Both the position numbers and the translations under genes were made by a program. A DNA stretch of 64,000 bases from Eledone cirrhosa (lineage: Eukaryota). The notes beneath the pieces were generated by a model. The model was not told the DNA's origin and made no database searches. It saw only the letters and a program-made list of their open reading frames with translations. The first letter of the stretch is position 1; each line of letters opens with the position of its first letter. The DNA is taken from assembly GCA_964016885.1 (NCBI GenBank), contig OZ024741.1, positions 198,524,001 through 198,588,000 on the forward strand, written 5' to 3'. This document shows positions 48,729 through 62,205 of this stretch, one piece after another.

Positions 48729-50947
48729 TATAACTATCAAATGCAGTCTTTATATTCATCATAAGATCCTTTTTGAACGAATTTTTATAGATGGATTGCC
48801 CTTCCTGGATCAAGCATTTAGTTGCCTCATAATATGCAGGGATATGTTGTACCTATTCTAAACTAGACAGGCACAGCTTAATGAATGTATTCAACTATTT
48901 ATATTCTAGATTATGCTTCTGATATAATTCTATAGTTAAAGTTGATGATGGTATTTACCAGTAAAGATGACATTGGACCATTAAAAAAAGCTATCACAAG
49001 TCTATGTGCTTATAAATTGTTGTGTTAAGCAGGTGGCATGTACTATCACAAATTACTGGTATCAGATTTTTGGATAAAATCAAAGTGTAACACTTTACAA
49101 TCTTTAGTGTATAATCTTTAGTTGGATTCATTTTTGGCTGAGATCAAATAGTAATATTTTACCATTAATACAAAATCTGCAATCATGTTTGAAAAGACTT
49201 TTGAAAGTGGTATTTTAATCAGATGCCCTTCTTGATACTAACTAATACTTTATTTTAAAGTGTGGGACTTATTCTCCACTGATTTTTGTTGACTAAACTG
49301 ATGATATTTTGTTAATGTAGCAAATAAACAACACTACTTCTCCAGTTTATGTCTACCAAATTCACTCAGAAAGCATTAGTCAATCCACATGCAGTGCAAT
49401 CAAACTCAAAACCACCTAGAAAACTTAACCACACAGCCAGCCATATAATTCTTTATATTGAATGTAAAAAAGCTAGGATGTCCATTGAGCTTACCAAGGA
49501 TATATAAATTTTTACCTCAGTGTCTCTTGAGAGAGTTGGACTTCCATATATGTACTGTGCTTGGTCAAATGTTTTAATTCTTTTCCCAAACTCCAAACCA
49601 TGTATTTGCAAAGTAATGGCAACCAAGGTGCCCTAGTCCTTGAAGGGAAGTGATCTTTATTGTGTCTTTCTATACAACTCAGCTGTAGAAATGAGTTGCA
49701 ACATTACTGGTGCCAAACTGTATCGACCTTTGCCTGTGGAGAGGGGAGACTAGTATGCATGATCTTCCACAAACAATTGCCTGGATTTGTGCTTTGGAAG
49801 GGAACTTTCTAGGTGCAAACCCCATGGTCATTCATGACTGAAGAGGGTCTTTACCCTAACCCTTACAACAACTCAACATTAGCAGAATTTATATTAACAA
49901 TTTGTCTGAACAGTTAATAGTCAAAAGTAAGATAGAGCAAACCTAAAAAATGACAATTTCAAACAAGCATGAAGAATCTTGCATCAGGTTGTGTTAAAAT
50001 GTATGTGTGTGTAATCATTTTACATCTGCTTTCCATGCTTGCATGGTTTGGACAGGTTGTCACACTAGAGAGGCCCAATTTTGCACTCTTATTATTGCCA
50101 TCGTCTTTATTATTTTGCACTCTTATTATTGCCATCGTCTTTATTATTATTCTGCTCATCACAGGAATCTAATTGTGTGTGCTTGTCTGTGATGAGTACC
50201 AACATTTTTATTTCTTCTTTTTTGTTCAATTCCAGTGATTCAATGTTTTCAGCGCACGGGAGGCTTTATATAATATCCAACTAACATTCTACAGCCTACT
50301 ACCATTATTAGAATACTTTCACTCTTTAACACTTCATCCTATTTCTAATGAAATAATTTGTATTTTAATTAATTAATGAAGAATTAAGGACATATTTACT
50401 CAATTTTATTAAGATGGTATTTGTAATATATAACAAAATATTCTCATATAAAATTATGTTGGAAGGTTTTAACTTAAGTATGAACCCTTTAAAATGGGCA
50501 GTTTTGGGTTAATAATTTCATTTTCTCAGAAACTATCACTTTTTTTTCAAATATCTAATAAAATACCTATTTTAATTAATTTACTCAAGATTTTGGGAAG
50601 TATTCATTAAAATTATAATTTTACATTTTACAAAGGAAAACACTTTCACCTCTTTTGACAAGGTAAACACTTTCATTGAGCAACAGATAATGATTCTTTT
50701 ATCTTTTTACATTTCTGAAAATTTCCACACTACATATACTCACAGTTGCAAAGAACTCCATGCTCATTGCAGAGCAAAATATATCAATAATTTATCAGAT
50801 TTTGAAAATTTTCCAAATTAAACTGCAGTTAATCATAATCAAAGACTATCTCAACTTGATTTAAACTATATATATATACGTTATTCCGAGTTGAATTGGA
50901 GGTAACCACAGTAAGTAAAGTACTCAATACATAGAGTATAAAAGTTT

Positions 50948-50988
50948 TAATATAGATGAGATTCTACAGGTAGTCCTGTAGAATCTCA

Positions 50989-50997
<9 letters not shown>
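50948..50997. repeat. Perfect 23-bp-arm palindrome between (TA)n tracts
   Basis: taatatagatgagattctacagg-tagt-cctgtagaatctcatctatatta. Confidence 0.92.
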
Positions 50998-51050
<53 letters not shown>

Positions 51051-51354
51051 AAGAATGAAACAAAATTTCATTTCTCACTCTTAGTACGGCTGATACTTAA
51101 ATGAAAGTATGTATGTATACGTACATACATATATGTATACAGATGTACAGTAGTATGTATATATATATACATACATGCACACATATATATATATGTATGT
51201 ATCGGTTTACCGAACATTTATTATAATGTTCGGTTTGTTTGTAAACAAACAAACAGCCCGAATTACGCTGTGACAGTGACAATGATGATGGTTATATACA
51301 TATATATATAATGATGATGCTTATATACATATATATATATATAATGATGATGGT

Positions 51355-51386
<32 letters not shown>

Positions 51387-52619
51387 ATGTGAGGCAGTAA
51401 ATTGGCAGAATTATTAGGATGTCAGATAGAATGCTTTGCAGTATTTGTTCCTACTCTCCATACCACTGATGTTTACCAAGTGCTTATACAGTTTGGCAGT
51501 AGTGATGGTGCAGGCTGTAACATCAGAATGCAAAAATTTAGAACACAACAGGATTTGAAATCAGGGTGCAGAGACCTAGAACAAATAACACACTATTTTA
51601 TCTGACACTAATGACTGTACAAACTTCCATATAATTATATTCTTTTGTTACAGATTTTCTAAAGAAATACAAATACCATATGTTTCAATAAATTTTGAAA
51701 CTAATCAAAAGTTTGGAGGATTTTAATTAAATAACTGACTTTTTGGAGCAAAACACAAGTTTCTTAAAGTAATTCTGAATAAAACAAGAAGAACCCGATA
51801 ATTTGGTCCTACTGTAGGCAACCTCTCCAGTGTTGATAGCATGATAAAGTCCACCCAGGGCATACTGTACAGTATTTTCTAATAGAAAGAGAGCATCCAA
51901 TCATAAAACACATGCCAGAGATGACTACCCAAATACACAATCACTACTATCCCTTTATATATACACACAACACTATATATATATATTAGGTGACTGTGAG
52001 GTTAGAAGTTTGCTTCTTGACTACTTGCTCTTTAAGCAAGACTCTTCTAGTATAGCTTTGAGCTGACCAATGTTTTGAGAGTGAAATTAGTCAACAAAAA
52101 CTGTGTGGAAACCCACTGTCATTTGTTTATGCCCCATATAAACAATATATCTTGCAGTTCGATGTGCAAAGATCAATACAGTACTTCAAAGAAAGGTTTC
52201 CTTCAGGATGTGCATCTGGTCATAGATACCGACTCAAGTCTCATCCAACTCATGCCAGCATGGAAAAGCAGATGTAAAAATGATAATGATATGCACACAT
52301 ACTATACATAAATAGTTATATATATATTACACGCATACAAATGCACATAAATACACTTGCATACATACATTATGTTACCAACTGACTAAATAATATTTGC
52401 AATGGTTTTCAAGCAAAAAAAAAAGTGAATAAGCTAACACATGCATTTCAAGTACAATCTGTAAGCAGATCAGTAAAAATAGGCAAAACTTTTCTAAAAT
52501 TTAACATGTAACTCCTCAGCGTTATTTTTACTTAAATTCCAGTATTAGAGCTTTGTTTCATTTTTAGAAACAAGTTCCTTCTTTGTAGAAAGAATTAAAA
52601 AAAGATATATATATATACA

Positions 52620-53076
52620 CTACCTCTGTTGACAAGAAAATATTTCTCTATATGAATGAAAGGTCAGCTGCATGATGACTGTGAGCAATGTGTGATACTG
52701 TATGGTAGTAAGACATGGGCAGTGAATGCAGAGAATATGTGAAAGCTGGAGAAAAATGAAGCAAGCATACTTCAGTGGATGTGCAATGTTAATATGTGTG
52801 AAGGACAAAGCATGGATGAACTGAGAGAAAGTAGGTGTAAGAGGAATCAGATGTAGTATGCAGGAGAGATGACTGTGCTGGTATGAACATGTGATGCACA
52901 TGGATGATGATTGCTGGGTGAAGAAGTCCCAAGAAATCCCAGTGGAAGGAAGTTGCAGTAGAGGAAGATCTGGGTGGAAGTGGTAAGAGCTAACAAACGA
53001 TTGCAATGAGTGGAGAGGTGTTGTGCTGAAAAAAAGCCATGCAAGCATCGAAGAATGGATGTAAAATGATGATGAT
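52620..53076 (+). mobile_element. RTE family A 3' fragment
   Basis: Homologous to 37757-38280. Confidence 0.8.
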
Positions 53077-53514
53077 ATACCCAATACACTATGCAAAGCA
53101 GTTGGCGTTAGGCATCCAGTAGTAGAAACCGTGTCAAAATGAAATGTGTAAGACATGGTCATCTGACATGCCTAGTTTCAGAATGTGACAACACTTCCCA
53201 CCCTTGGCAGCTTGGAAAACAAATGTAAAACAGTAATGATGATGATACTCACACACACACAGAGTTAGTTTGCTTGCTATCCCACTACTCCTCATGTGTA
53301 CCCAGGATCTGCATTGCGTACATTCTAGAGTTTATGCCAGCTCCTTTACATATCAAGCATTTAATGATTTAATGTTAATGATTTGTATTAAACGTTGTAA
53401 CCCTTAACATTAAAAATGTACAGAAAGAAGCAAACACACATGGGCCAACGCTGGGAGAGAGGGGGCACTGCACTGTAATTTTCTCAGGCACATCTTTATT
53501 CATAAAAGTGTCGA

Positions 53515-53607
53515 GACCCCGATGGCTGAGCTCTTGCCGTTTCAACAGCTATTTCGAAACTATTTGGAAATAGCTGTTGAAACAGCAAGAGCTCAGCCGT
53601 CGGGGTC
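53515..53607. repeat. Hairpin with 41-bp arms (39/41 complementary) and 11-nt loop
   Basis: gaccccgatggctgagctcttgccgtttcaacagctatttc / gaaatagctgttgaaacagcaagagctcagccgtcggggtc. Confidence 0.92.
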
Positions 53608-55396
53608 CCAACTCTTTCATATTACCACACTCCACTACCCCAAGTATCAAGTACTCAGGTGTGTAACAGGTTTTTACTGCATCCATTCAGAGTTTATATA
53701 TATATATATAACACAAAATTTCTTTGTACTTACATTATTGTAAAAAGTCTAGAATGATACTACTTCTGTTTACCAGAATTTGTACTTTCAGTTGAAATTA
53801 GTTGAATGCATTTTTCAGTTTAAAATCATTTACATCTAGCTGCATTCTAGTCAGATTTCAACATTCTCTACTTTAGTCATCCACATAACTTATTTTTATT
53901 TTACAAAAAAAAAAAAAAAAAAAAAAAAATTTCTTTTTAAAGATAAATCATAGAAAAAAATATGAAGTTTAACAAAAATCCTTTGGTCAAATATGCAAAG
54001 TAACATTTAGAAAAATAGCTGAAATTCTGAGAATTTTGCAAATGAGCAAAGAAACTAATAGAACTCTGATGTGTGGTGGAAGTGACTATTAGGTCTGGGA
54101 AAATCTGCTGCTGCTGGATTCTTCTGTAGAGTGATAATAGGGAGTTAGGTCTTGTAAAAAAAAAAAAAAAGCATGTTAAGAGGAGAATGGTATATAAATA
54201 GAACTAGCAGTATTCAATTATTTCTCAGCCTAAAAAAAGCAACAACCAAAGATGTATTATGATATTTGCTTTTCAAATAAAGGGGTTAACCCATTCTTTA
54301 ACATATTTCTAATAAAATACACTGTATTTAATCAATAAAGAACTTGAAATTATTTAAATTATCAGGGTTTTTTTGTTATATGCTATTCGTAACATAACTT
54401 GGATGATTTTAATTTAAGCCTTTCATTAACATATTTTTAATAGAATACACTGCATCTGAGTTTGTTATTGAAGTATTTGGGATTTATTAAAGTTATGGAT
54501 TATTTCATTATTGAGATGGTATTTGTAACAGTACAAAATTGTTGAAAGGTTTCAATTTAAATAGAACCAGAGGAACTTTTGGGTGGGTTGGTATCAAAAA
54601 GAACCCTTTATAATAAGTGGTTTTGTTCGGATTGGTATCAAAAAAGTCAAGAAGAAAAACAACTGGGTAGAATTACATTTAACCAAAGTTTTTAAACAAG
54701 ACTTTCAGGCATTTTGTTAATATTTTAGGGTAAACCAAACCTTAGCTCAAGATTAAATAAATGCAAGAAATTGGTATAACATTTCTTTAAATTGATTGTT
54801 TTACTAAGGAACATTAAACTATTCTCCTCCTTAATAACAGATGATGTCTAGTTGTTTTTATATTTATGCTGTTATTTCAATATCAACATTTATCTTTTGT
54901 TTATCTGGACTGTAGTTTTCCTCCACCAAATCAGGTGGGTATCACTCACAAGGAAAGATCCTCACTAGGTGGAATGGCTGATGCAATATCACTGGTTGTT
55001 CTACATGGTAATGCTTTCACTATCTTCTTCATAGGGCATAACTGAGAGTGTACAATGTTCTCCCTCCCTGTTTCTTCCTTTTTTTGTGTGTATTTTTAAA
55101 ATTTGAAATAAATTCTATTGTTCATATAAAACACAAAATGAGACAGTCAACAGTCTCAAGGTTGAAATGTAAGATGAGGGACTATGAACATCAATTTTCT
55201 GTAAGAAGTTAAGAGTTTAAAAGTTAACTAACTAGTAAAATATCATATGAGCCAGAAAAAAATGTATTCCTGTCTATATTATAGTAATTGTCTGTCACAT
55301 GAATGCCACAATCTGTCAAAAATGTTCATACTAGAAACGAGTGTTCTCTGTCTATTTCTATTTTGGTAGCAAAACTGATTATTACTCATTGTTTGT

Positions 55397-55477
55397 ATAA
55401 CCATGGGTTGTGTACTAGTAGCGATAACCATGGGTTATGTACTAGTAGCAATAACTATGGGTTATGTACTAGTAACA
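55397..55477. repeat. 27-bp tandem repeat x3
   Basis: ataaccatgggttrtgtactagtarcr. Confidence 0.88.
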
Positions 55478-57481
55478 ATAACAATTTCTGACATCAATTA
55501 AATTGCAAATAGTAGTTGGCAAATACAAATGTTATTGGCCTAGGAGAGATGTAAGGCAAAGTCTACTTTAACTGGATTTGAACTCAAACATATAGGAGCA
55601 TAACTAAATATCACAAAATATTATCTAATGCATTAAATATATACTTCAATTCTCCTCTGCACTTTAGATTTTAAGTACACTGCAATTATTGTGAGAAGAG
55701 TATATTTGTTGGTTACTTTCAATTTTTTTCTTATGAAGGAATAAAAAAGATACAGTGGGCTGACATTGCTTGTGATGTTCTGGAACTGACATTAAAAAGG
55801 CCCTGTGGTTGACTGTGTGTACTCTCATATTCATACTTTAAACTACACAGTATTTTGTTGACCATGCCAGAGACAGTGGTTGACTGTGTACTCTCTCTCA
55901 CATTCATACTGCAAACTATATTGACACTGTAGAAAACCTGCCAGATAGTCCTATACGAATGAGACACGGTCACCCGACCAATCTTGCCTCAAGTGGGACA
56001 ATTCCCGTCTAACCAATGCTAGCGTGGAAGCTAGACGTTAAACGGAGAGAGAGAGAGAGGCAGACAGTGGTTTTTGTGAGAAACTAGAAAGCATGTTTCT
56101 ATATGTCTTTCCGCACCACTAAGGATACACTCAACTATATAAATTTTATTAATTCGTTCAAATGATTCTAAGATATAAAATCTCTCATTTTACCTTGGTC
56201 TATATTAAAACTTTCCTTCATAATTTTATGTAAGGACTTTTTGCTCCAAATACTAGTTTAATAATGAGACATTAGATATTTTATTAAACCCATCTAAATT
56301 CTTGGTTATATTGAAAATTATTTTGAAACACATAAGCAATGTCTTTCATTAAAAATATGGTAAAGAAAGGGTTCAACCAACAAATATCTGCATTAAGGCT
56401 AGAACAGTTTTCATTGTTATCACTTCTAACATCCCTCCATTTTTATGAATAATGCACAAGATACATCAGTACATCATATCTGCACGGGAAAAATATAGTT
56501 AGGAATGTAATAGTAAAAAGATACTGCAAACAGTAGATACATCAAAAAATGACAAAACACCTAGTGATAAAACAAAGAGCTTTTGAACTTGACCAACATA
56601 CACTATCAAATGAAAACATTTTTTGCCTGAAGTACAAATTAATTTCTGATATTTAGAGGACAAATAAAGCTACAAAAACCAAAACTACTGAAAGAGGGGA
56701 GTATGATGTGAATAAAAATAATTATGATTAGTATAAATGAGTTGAAGGAAGGACTACAATTAAGAGGAATCATATACAGTATGCAAGATGAAAGATGTCA
56801 TTGGAATGGACACATGAAGCATAAGGATGATGATCATTGGGTAAAGAAGAGCCAGAAGCTTCAAAAGGAAACCAAGGAAGACGTGAGTAGCTGATCTCAG
56901 GACACTGAACCTCAAGGATGAAAAAACACAACATTTGGAGGAAAGCCGAGCTGGAGAAGATTCATTCAAACATGAAAAGGTGGACATAAAAATGATCCTG
57001 ATGATGAAGGGCAGCAGAAAACTAAAGATATTAAATGCAAGTTGGAGTTCAACCTCGTTCAGCTTTATTCAATTAACACCAGACTCTTCTCCCAGTTTTT
57101 GGGGTTTTTTCCACTCTGTAATTATGGACAAAATCCTTGACAATAGAGCTTTAATGATCTTTTAATTTTCTTGTTCCTGACAAAGTGTTGCTAATTATAA
57201 CAGTAACATCTTTGATGTTCATTTAACATGAGGTTAAAAGTTTGTGTATATGTTATATGTAGTTCAAAATACCAAATGGCCATAAAGTAAGTTAAAAGCA
57301 ACATATGGTATACTTTTGATTCTATATTAAAAGCAGTTAATACATGGTTATTTCATTAATTTTATTTAAACATCAAAAGTGATTGACAGTACAAGTGTCA
57401 TAAAACAGTTTTATCATGACTCAGGTAAACCAATATAGAAATTAGATGAAACATGAAAATGTTTATCAAATACACAATTAA

Positions 57482-57701
57482 CCCTTTAGTGTTCAAACCA
57501 GCCAAAACCAGTCAGAATTCTCTACCTCTTTCTGTTGAAACTGGCTGTAACCGGTCGCTCAAACTGATGTTAAGGTATTGTTCTCAAAAGAAATACTTTC
57601 AAAATCTCATAGATTCGATATTATGTGAGATAATTATGCGAGGTAAAGCCTTTACCATGAAAATATAATAGTAAATATAAAATAATGTGAATGCTAAAGG
57701 G
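57482..57701. mobile_element. TTAA-type (piggyBac-like) MITE
   Basis: TTAA|ccctttag...ctaaaggg|TTAA. A second related family occurs at e.g. 22870-23051, 26610-26830 and 62839-63064. Confidence 0.8.
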
Positions 57702-58544
57702 TTAATACATTTGTTCTTGTGATTGCCTATATTATTCAAAGGAAGAAGTCTCTTTGAAAGTCTTCAAAAACAATTTATTAAACAAGGGAGCTATTGAGAA
57801 GCTTGTAAATGGTGAAATGCACATTATTAAATATATTATTTACAATCTTCATTTGAACCTCTATAATAGTGTGGAAATGGCTAGACAAATTTCTGAGTAA
57901 TAAAATAGTTAATGAAAAATAGAAACTTTCCTATTATAAACAAGAGTTTAATGGAAAACTGAAAAAGTTAGTGAAAAACAACATTCCTAGTTTAAAGCTA
58001 GTTTTTAGTAGGTAATTTTCTAGTAATAATAGTAAACAGATACTGAAATATGTCTATTGTGTTGAAAATATTTCACAATATACATCATTACTTGGGTAGC
58101 TTGATGTAAACATTTCAATAAAACTGTCAGCTGTAACAGGGCGAGAAGTTGGATTAAATTCCATAAAAATATATTTTAGAAAAAGCTAAATATTGCTACG
58201 ATTGGTTTCCTTTGTAGAGGTTCACAGCTAGAACCATAACAGTTGGAACAGACTAAAAAAGCTAAATAACCACACACATACAAAGTCATTCAAAATGAAA
58301 GAAATTTTTTTGCAAACTTTATATGGAGGAGGGGCACCATAATCTAAGTGCTTGGGGCCTCAAAAGAACTTTCTGCCCTTGCACACACATAATATTACCT
58401 GAAAATAATGGATGAAAAAACATTACTATTTCCCTCACATTATTTTAACTAGCAGAAGAACTGCCCTTTGGGCGGTTTTCTGCTAGCATATGTACTGTGT
58501 GTATTGGTATTATACGCAAATATATATGCATATAGATATTATTT

Positions 58545-59140
58545 CTGAGAGGATCGTGGAGGCAGAGTTTTCCTCAAACACTCCTTCCAGAGTCTGTCAG
58601 AAGCAAACATCTCTAACTGATCCAGCTGGATCCCAAAGCGTGACCAGTCAAGCTCATGGATATTATCCAACTATCTTGCTCAGGGTCTACCTCTGGGTCT
58701 CCTGCCAGTTGGTTTTGCCTGTAAAATCTGTCCAGCGATTCTTTCCTGAGACATTCTAACCACATGTCCATAGTATCGGAGCTGTGATCTCTCAATCTAG
58801 AGAAGTAGCGGCTCTACCTGGAGTGACTCTCTGATCTCGGAGCTATGCACTTTATTGACTAAAGTTAATCCAAAGACCCTTGGCTGCTTGTATTTGCAAT
58901 CATATTTTCGGTCATTACCCAAGATTCATGACCATAGTTGGCAGGAATACCAGGAAGACAGCAAGTTTGGCTTTTACACCTACCTCCCTTCTGATTACTG
59001 AATGCTAAAGCTGGCGCATTACTGCATCAACTTTTGCAATTTTTGCACTTAATTCAGCCTCCTGGATTCCATCACACTTGAATACGGCTCCAAGATACTT
59101 GAACTTCTCTAGCTGCTTCAGTGGAACTCCATTCACATTT
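58545..59140 (-). mobile_element. RTE family B 3' fragment
   Basis: VNGVPLKQLEKFKYLGAVF..AKIAKVDAVMRQL. Confidence 0.85.
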
Positions 59141-59311
59141 ATATAAATTTGAGCGTCTGTCACACAATGTGTGTTTGTGTGAATGTATGTGTGTGTAAAA
59201 GGAAGGAAGTGGATACACATGTCTAACTTAAAAACGGTGACACACACAAACACGCGCGAGTCTCTAATTTAAGAATGCTGACAAACTCATGCATGCGCAC
59301 ATACACACACT

Positions 59312-59885
59312 GTTCTATTACCACTTAAGAGCTTTGGTCCAGGCAAACATCCCCTCAATTTTGGAACCATCTGGGTTGTCCAGAATTGATGGGAGAAGAC
59401 CTGACAGTTTTAACCTGTGCCCCTGGTCAAGAGGCAGGTGCCTTATCTGGGACACCACAGTTAGTGACTCTTTTGCATCTTCCGTGATCCTCGATGCAGT
59501 GGTGAGGGCAAGAGCTACTGTATCCACAGCCGAACAGAATAAAATCCTAAAATACCGTGATCTGTTAGCTAACTACCTTTTCTAGGCAGTGGCGTTTGAG
59601 ATGTTTGAGGTAATTGGGCTACTGACTGTAAGGTTCTTATCTTCACTGGCGGCTCACCTAACCCAGGTAACTGGTGATGCTCGATGGGTGCTTGGTTGTT
59701 CCAGCACCTCAGCCTTGTGTGCTGACTTGCCTCAAAAAATATTTTTTGCTCTGGTAGCGGTTCGTTTGTCCACCCCTTTCGTCTGCCTTTCGTTGTATGT
59801 GGTCCTAGATGTAAGTGCTATCTGCTTCTGTGTTTTTTCTTTCTTTTTTTCCTTTCCCTTTGTTTGTGTTTTCGTTCTATAAGCA
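59312..59885 (+). mobile_element. CRE-clade 3' fragment with restriction-like endonuclease
   Basis: RAL..ANIPSILEPSGLSRIDGRRPD...PWSRGRCLIWDTTV..AEQNKILKY..AFE; 3' end similar to 8540-8600. Confidence 0.85.
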
Positions 59886-59983
59886 TTATATTATTATATT
59901 TTTTATACATATAAATGTATGTATATGCACATACACACATACATGACAGTGTGTTGGAAAAAATCCTAATCTCTTCATCTCTT

Positions 59984-60024
<41 letters not shown>

Positions 60025-60028
60025 TATA

Positions 60029-60284
60029 TCACCTTGACCGACCAGTCTGTCGGGCACCAATCGGCGCCGCTGGTCACAGCACGTTGTGCTGTTTTAGCCA
60101 TACGATAACGCCATCCAACTGGCTGGGCAGGCAGGCCGGTACTCATTTCTACAACTGAGTAAACTGGAGCAATGTGAAATAAAGTGTCTTGCTCAAGGAA
60201 ACAACACATCACCCGGTTCGCGAATTGAACTCACAACCTTTCGATTGCAAGCCCAATGCTTTAACCACTAAGCCATGCGCCTTC
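60029..60284 (-). mobile_element. Second tRNA-derived SINE family (CORE-like central domain), inserted in (TA)n
   Basis: ggcgcatggcttagtggtta..gtgagttcaattc head and gttgtttccttgagcaagacacttt; decayed relatives at 29410-29640 and 62435-62530. Confidence 0.8.
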
Positions 60285-60353
60285 ATATATATATATATAT
60301 CTGTCACAGTCACTATCTCTCTCTTCATACACTCTCTCTTTCTTTCTCGTTCC

Positions 60354-60397
<44 letters not shown>

Positions 60398-62045
60398 TAG
60401 TTGAAGTGGTGGCGGTGGCGGCAATATACCGGAAGTTGAAATTTGAAACATTTAAAAAAAGTGAATCTTGAAATAAGCAATACATTAAATAATTTGTTTA
60501 ATCATGTGCTACAAAATTTAGTAGATAAATTATATAATATTCATTCATTATTTATTCAAAGTAAGGTTGACTTTGCCTTTCATCCTTACGGGGTCGATAA
60601 AATAAAGTACCAGTAATGCACTGGGTAATTGCTGGCCTTGTGCCTAAAGTAGAAACAATTATTTATTCAAAGTAATCCAACTTATTTTACTAATGGGATA
60701 AAAAAAATTTTAAATGGACATTCTCACGCACTCCTCCCTATATTATATTATTTTAATATGGATCAACAAGTAGAGTGTTACAATATTTAGGATATACTAT
60801 GGAGGATAACTTTTTCAAGCCACACAATGAAAAGAATTTTTTGTAGATGTACAGCCAAACTACAATTTACAATTGATTTTCATATCTTTTTCAGTGGAAA
60901 ACAACTCTTAGCATGGTAATTTAGTTAACCTTTTCATTACCATATTTCTAACAAGGATATATGGCCTATGAAAGTAATCAATAATTATGAAAGGGTGTAG
61001 TGAAATATCTAACTTTCAATTCAATAATAAAAGACAAATATTTAACCATTGAAATTTAATATTATTTACTATGTAATAAAATTTAATATTATTTACTATG
61101 TAATAATAAGATTTCAGTCAAAGATATATATTTACATTTGAACACTATAATACAGCCAGTTTTGAGCAGGTTGGTGTTTAAATGGTTAAACTATCAAATA
61201 TATGAGATACTTTGACATTGACAGATAAATTATAGTTACTCAAACATAAGTATGTATATCCCAACATCCATATTTCATTGAAATACTACAGATGGTGTTT
61301 ATAAGAGTTAAAATGCTCTTCCAATGTAACATACTTAAATATTATATTTTATTCCTTCCTAGTAAAGCCGTGTTCATGTAAACTCTTGTATACATGAACA
61401 CGGCTTTTATTCATGAATTTAACATAGATAAAGAAACAGGTCAGGTACTTTTCTTTTTCCTGATTTCTTTCACCGACTAACCCTTTTAGCAAGGTTTATA
61501 AGAGAAATTGTGCATAACCATGATCTGCTATCACAGTCACTTCTCATTAAAAGCTGTTCTCTAACTACATAATGAAGAACTGATATATTTTTAATTAAAA
61601 ATTCCTGTTTAATCAAAATTACTATTTTTGTAATAATATGGTTTTAGGTTCAGTCTCATTGCCTAGTATCTTCAGCTACCATCTATTTACTATAGCTTCA
61701 GGTTGACCAGTGTCTTGTAAGTGAAATTTGATTAACAGAAATTGTATGAAAAGTACAATCAACTAAGAGCATTAGTGAGCACAACAAAAATAAACCATGA
61801 TTCACCAATCCCTTTGCCTACAATGGATTACATTTTATAAAACAAATCTTATCACAATAAAAAAAATTATTTAATTTTATAACAAAATAAATAGTATTTA
61901 GAAAGGTTAATTTACTAACAGTACATCAGATCTATCTAGGATCTCAATAATACTGCATGCACCTTCAAACTACTTAACCTAAAACATAACAGGGTATAAA
62001 ATATTCTAAATAAAACCTTGAATATCAAGGCAGCCAATTGGCAGT

Positions 62046-62205
62046 CGTTAGAATGTCAGATTGAATGCTTTTCAGTATTTATTTATGTGCTCTGCTCTCT
62101 GTGTTCAAATCCCACCGGTGCTAACCGTTAGAATGTCAGATTGAATGCTTTTCAGTATTTATTTATGTGCTCTGCTCTCTGTGTTCAAATCCCACCGGTG
62201 CTAAC
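62046..62205. repeat. Exact 80-bp tandem duplication inside a SINE head
   Basis: cgttagaatgtcagattgaatgc...ggtgctaac twice. Confidence 0.9.

Noticed and set aside
57650-57660. ATG|GTAAA as cofilin exon 1
   Set aside because: It lies inside a TTAA MITE with no promoter context.
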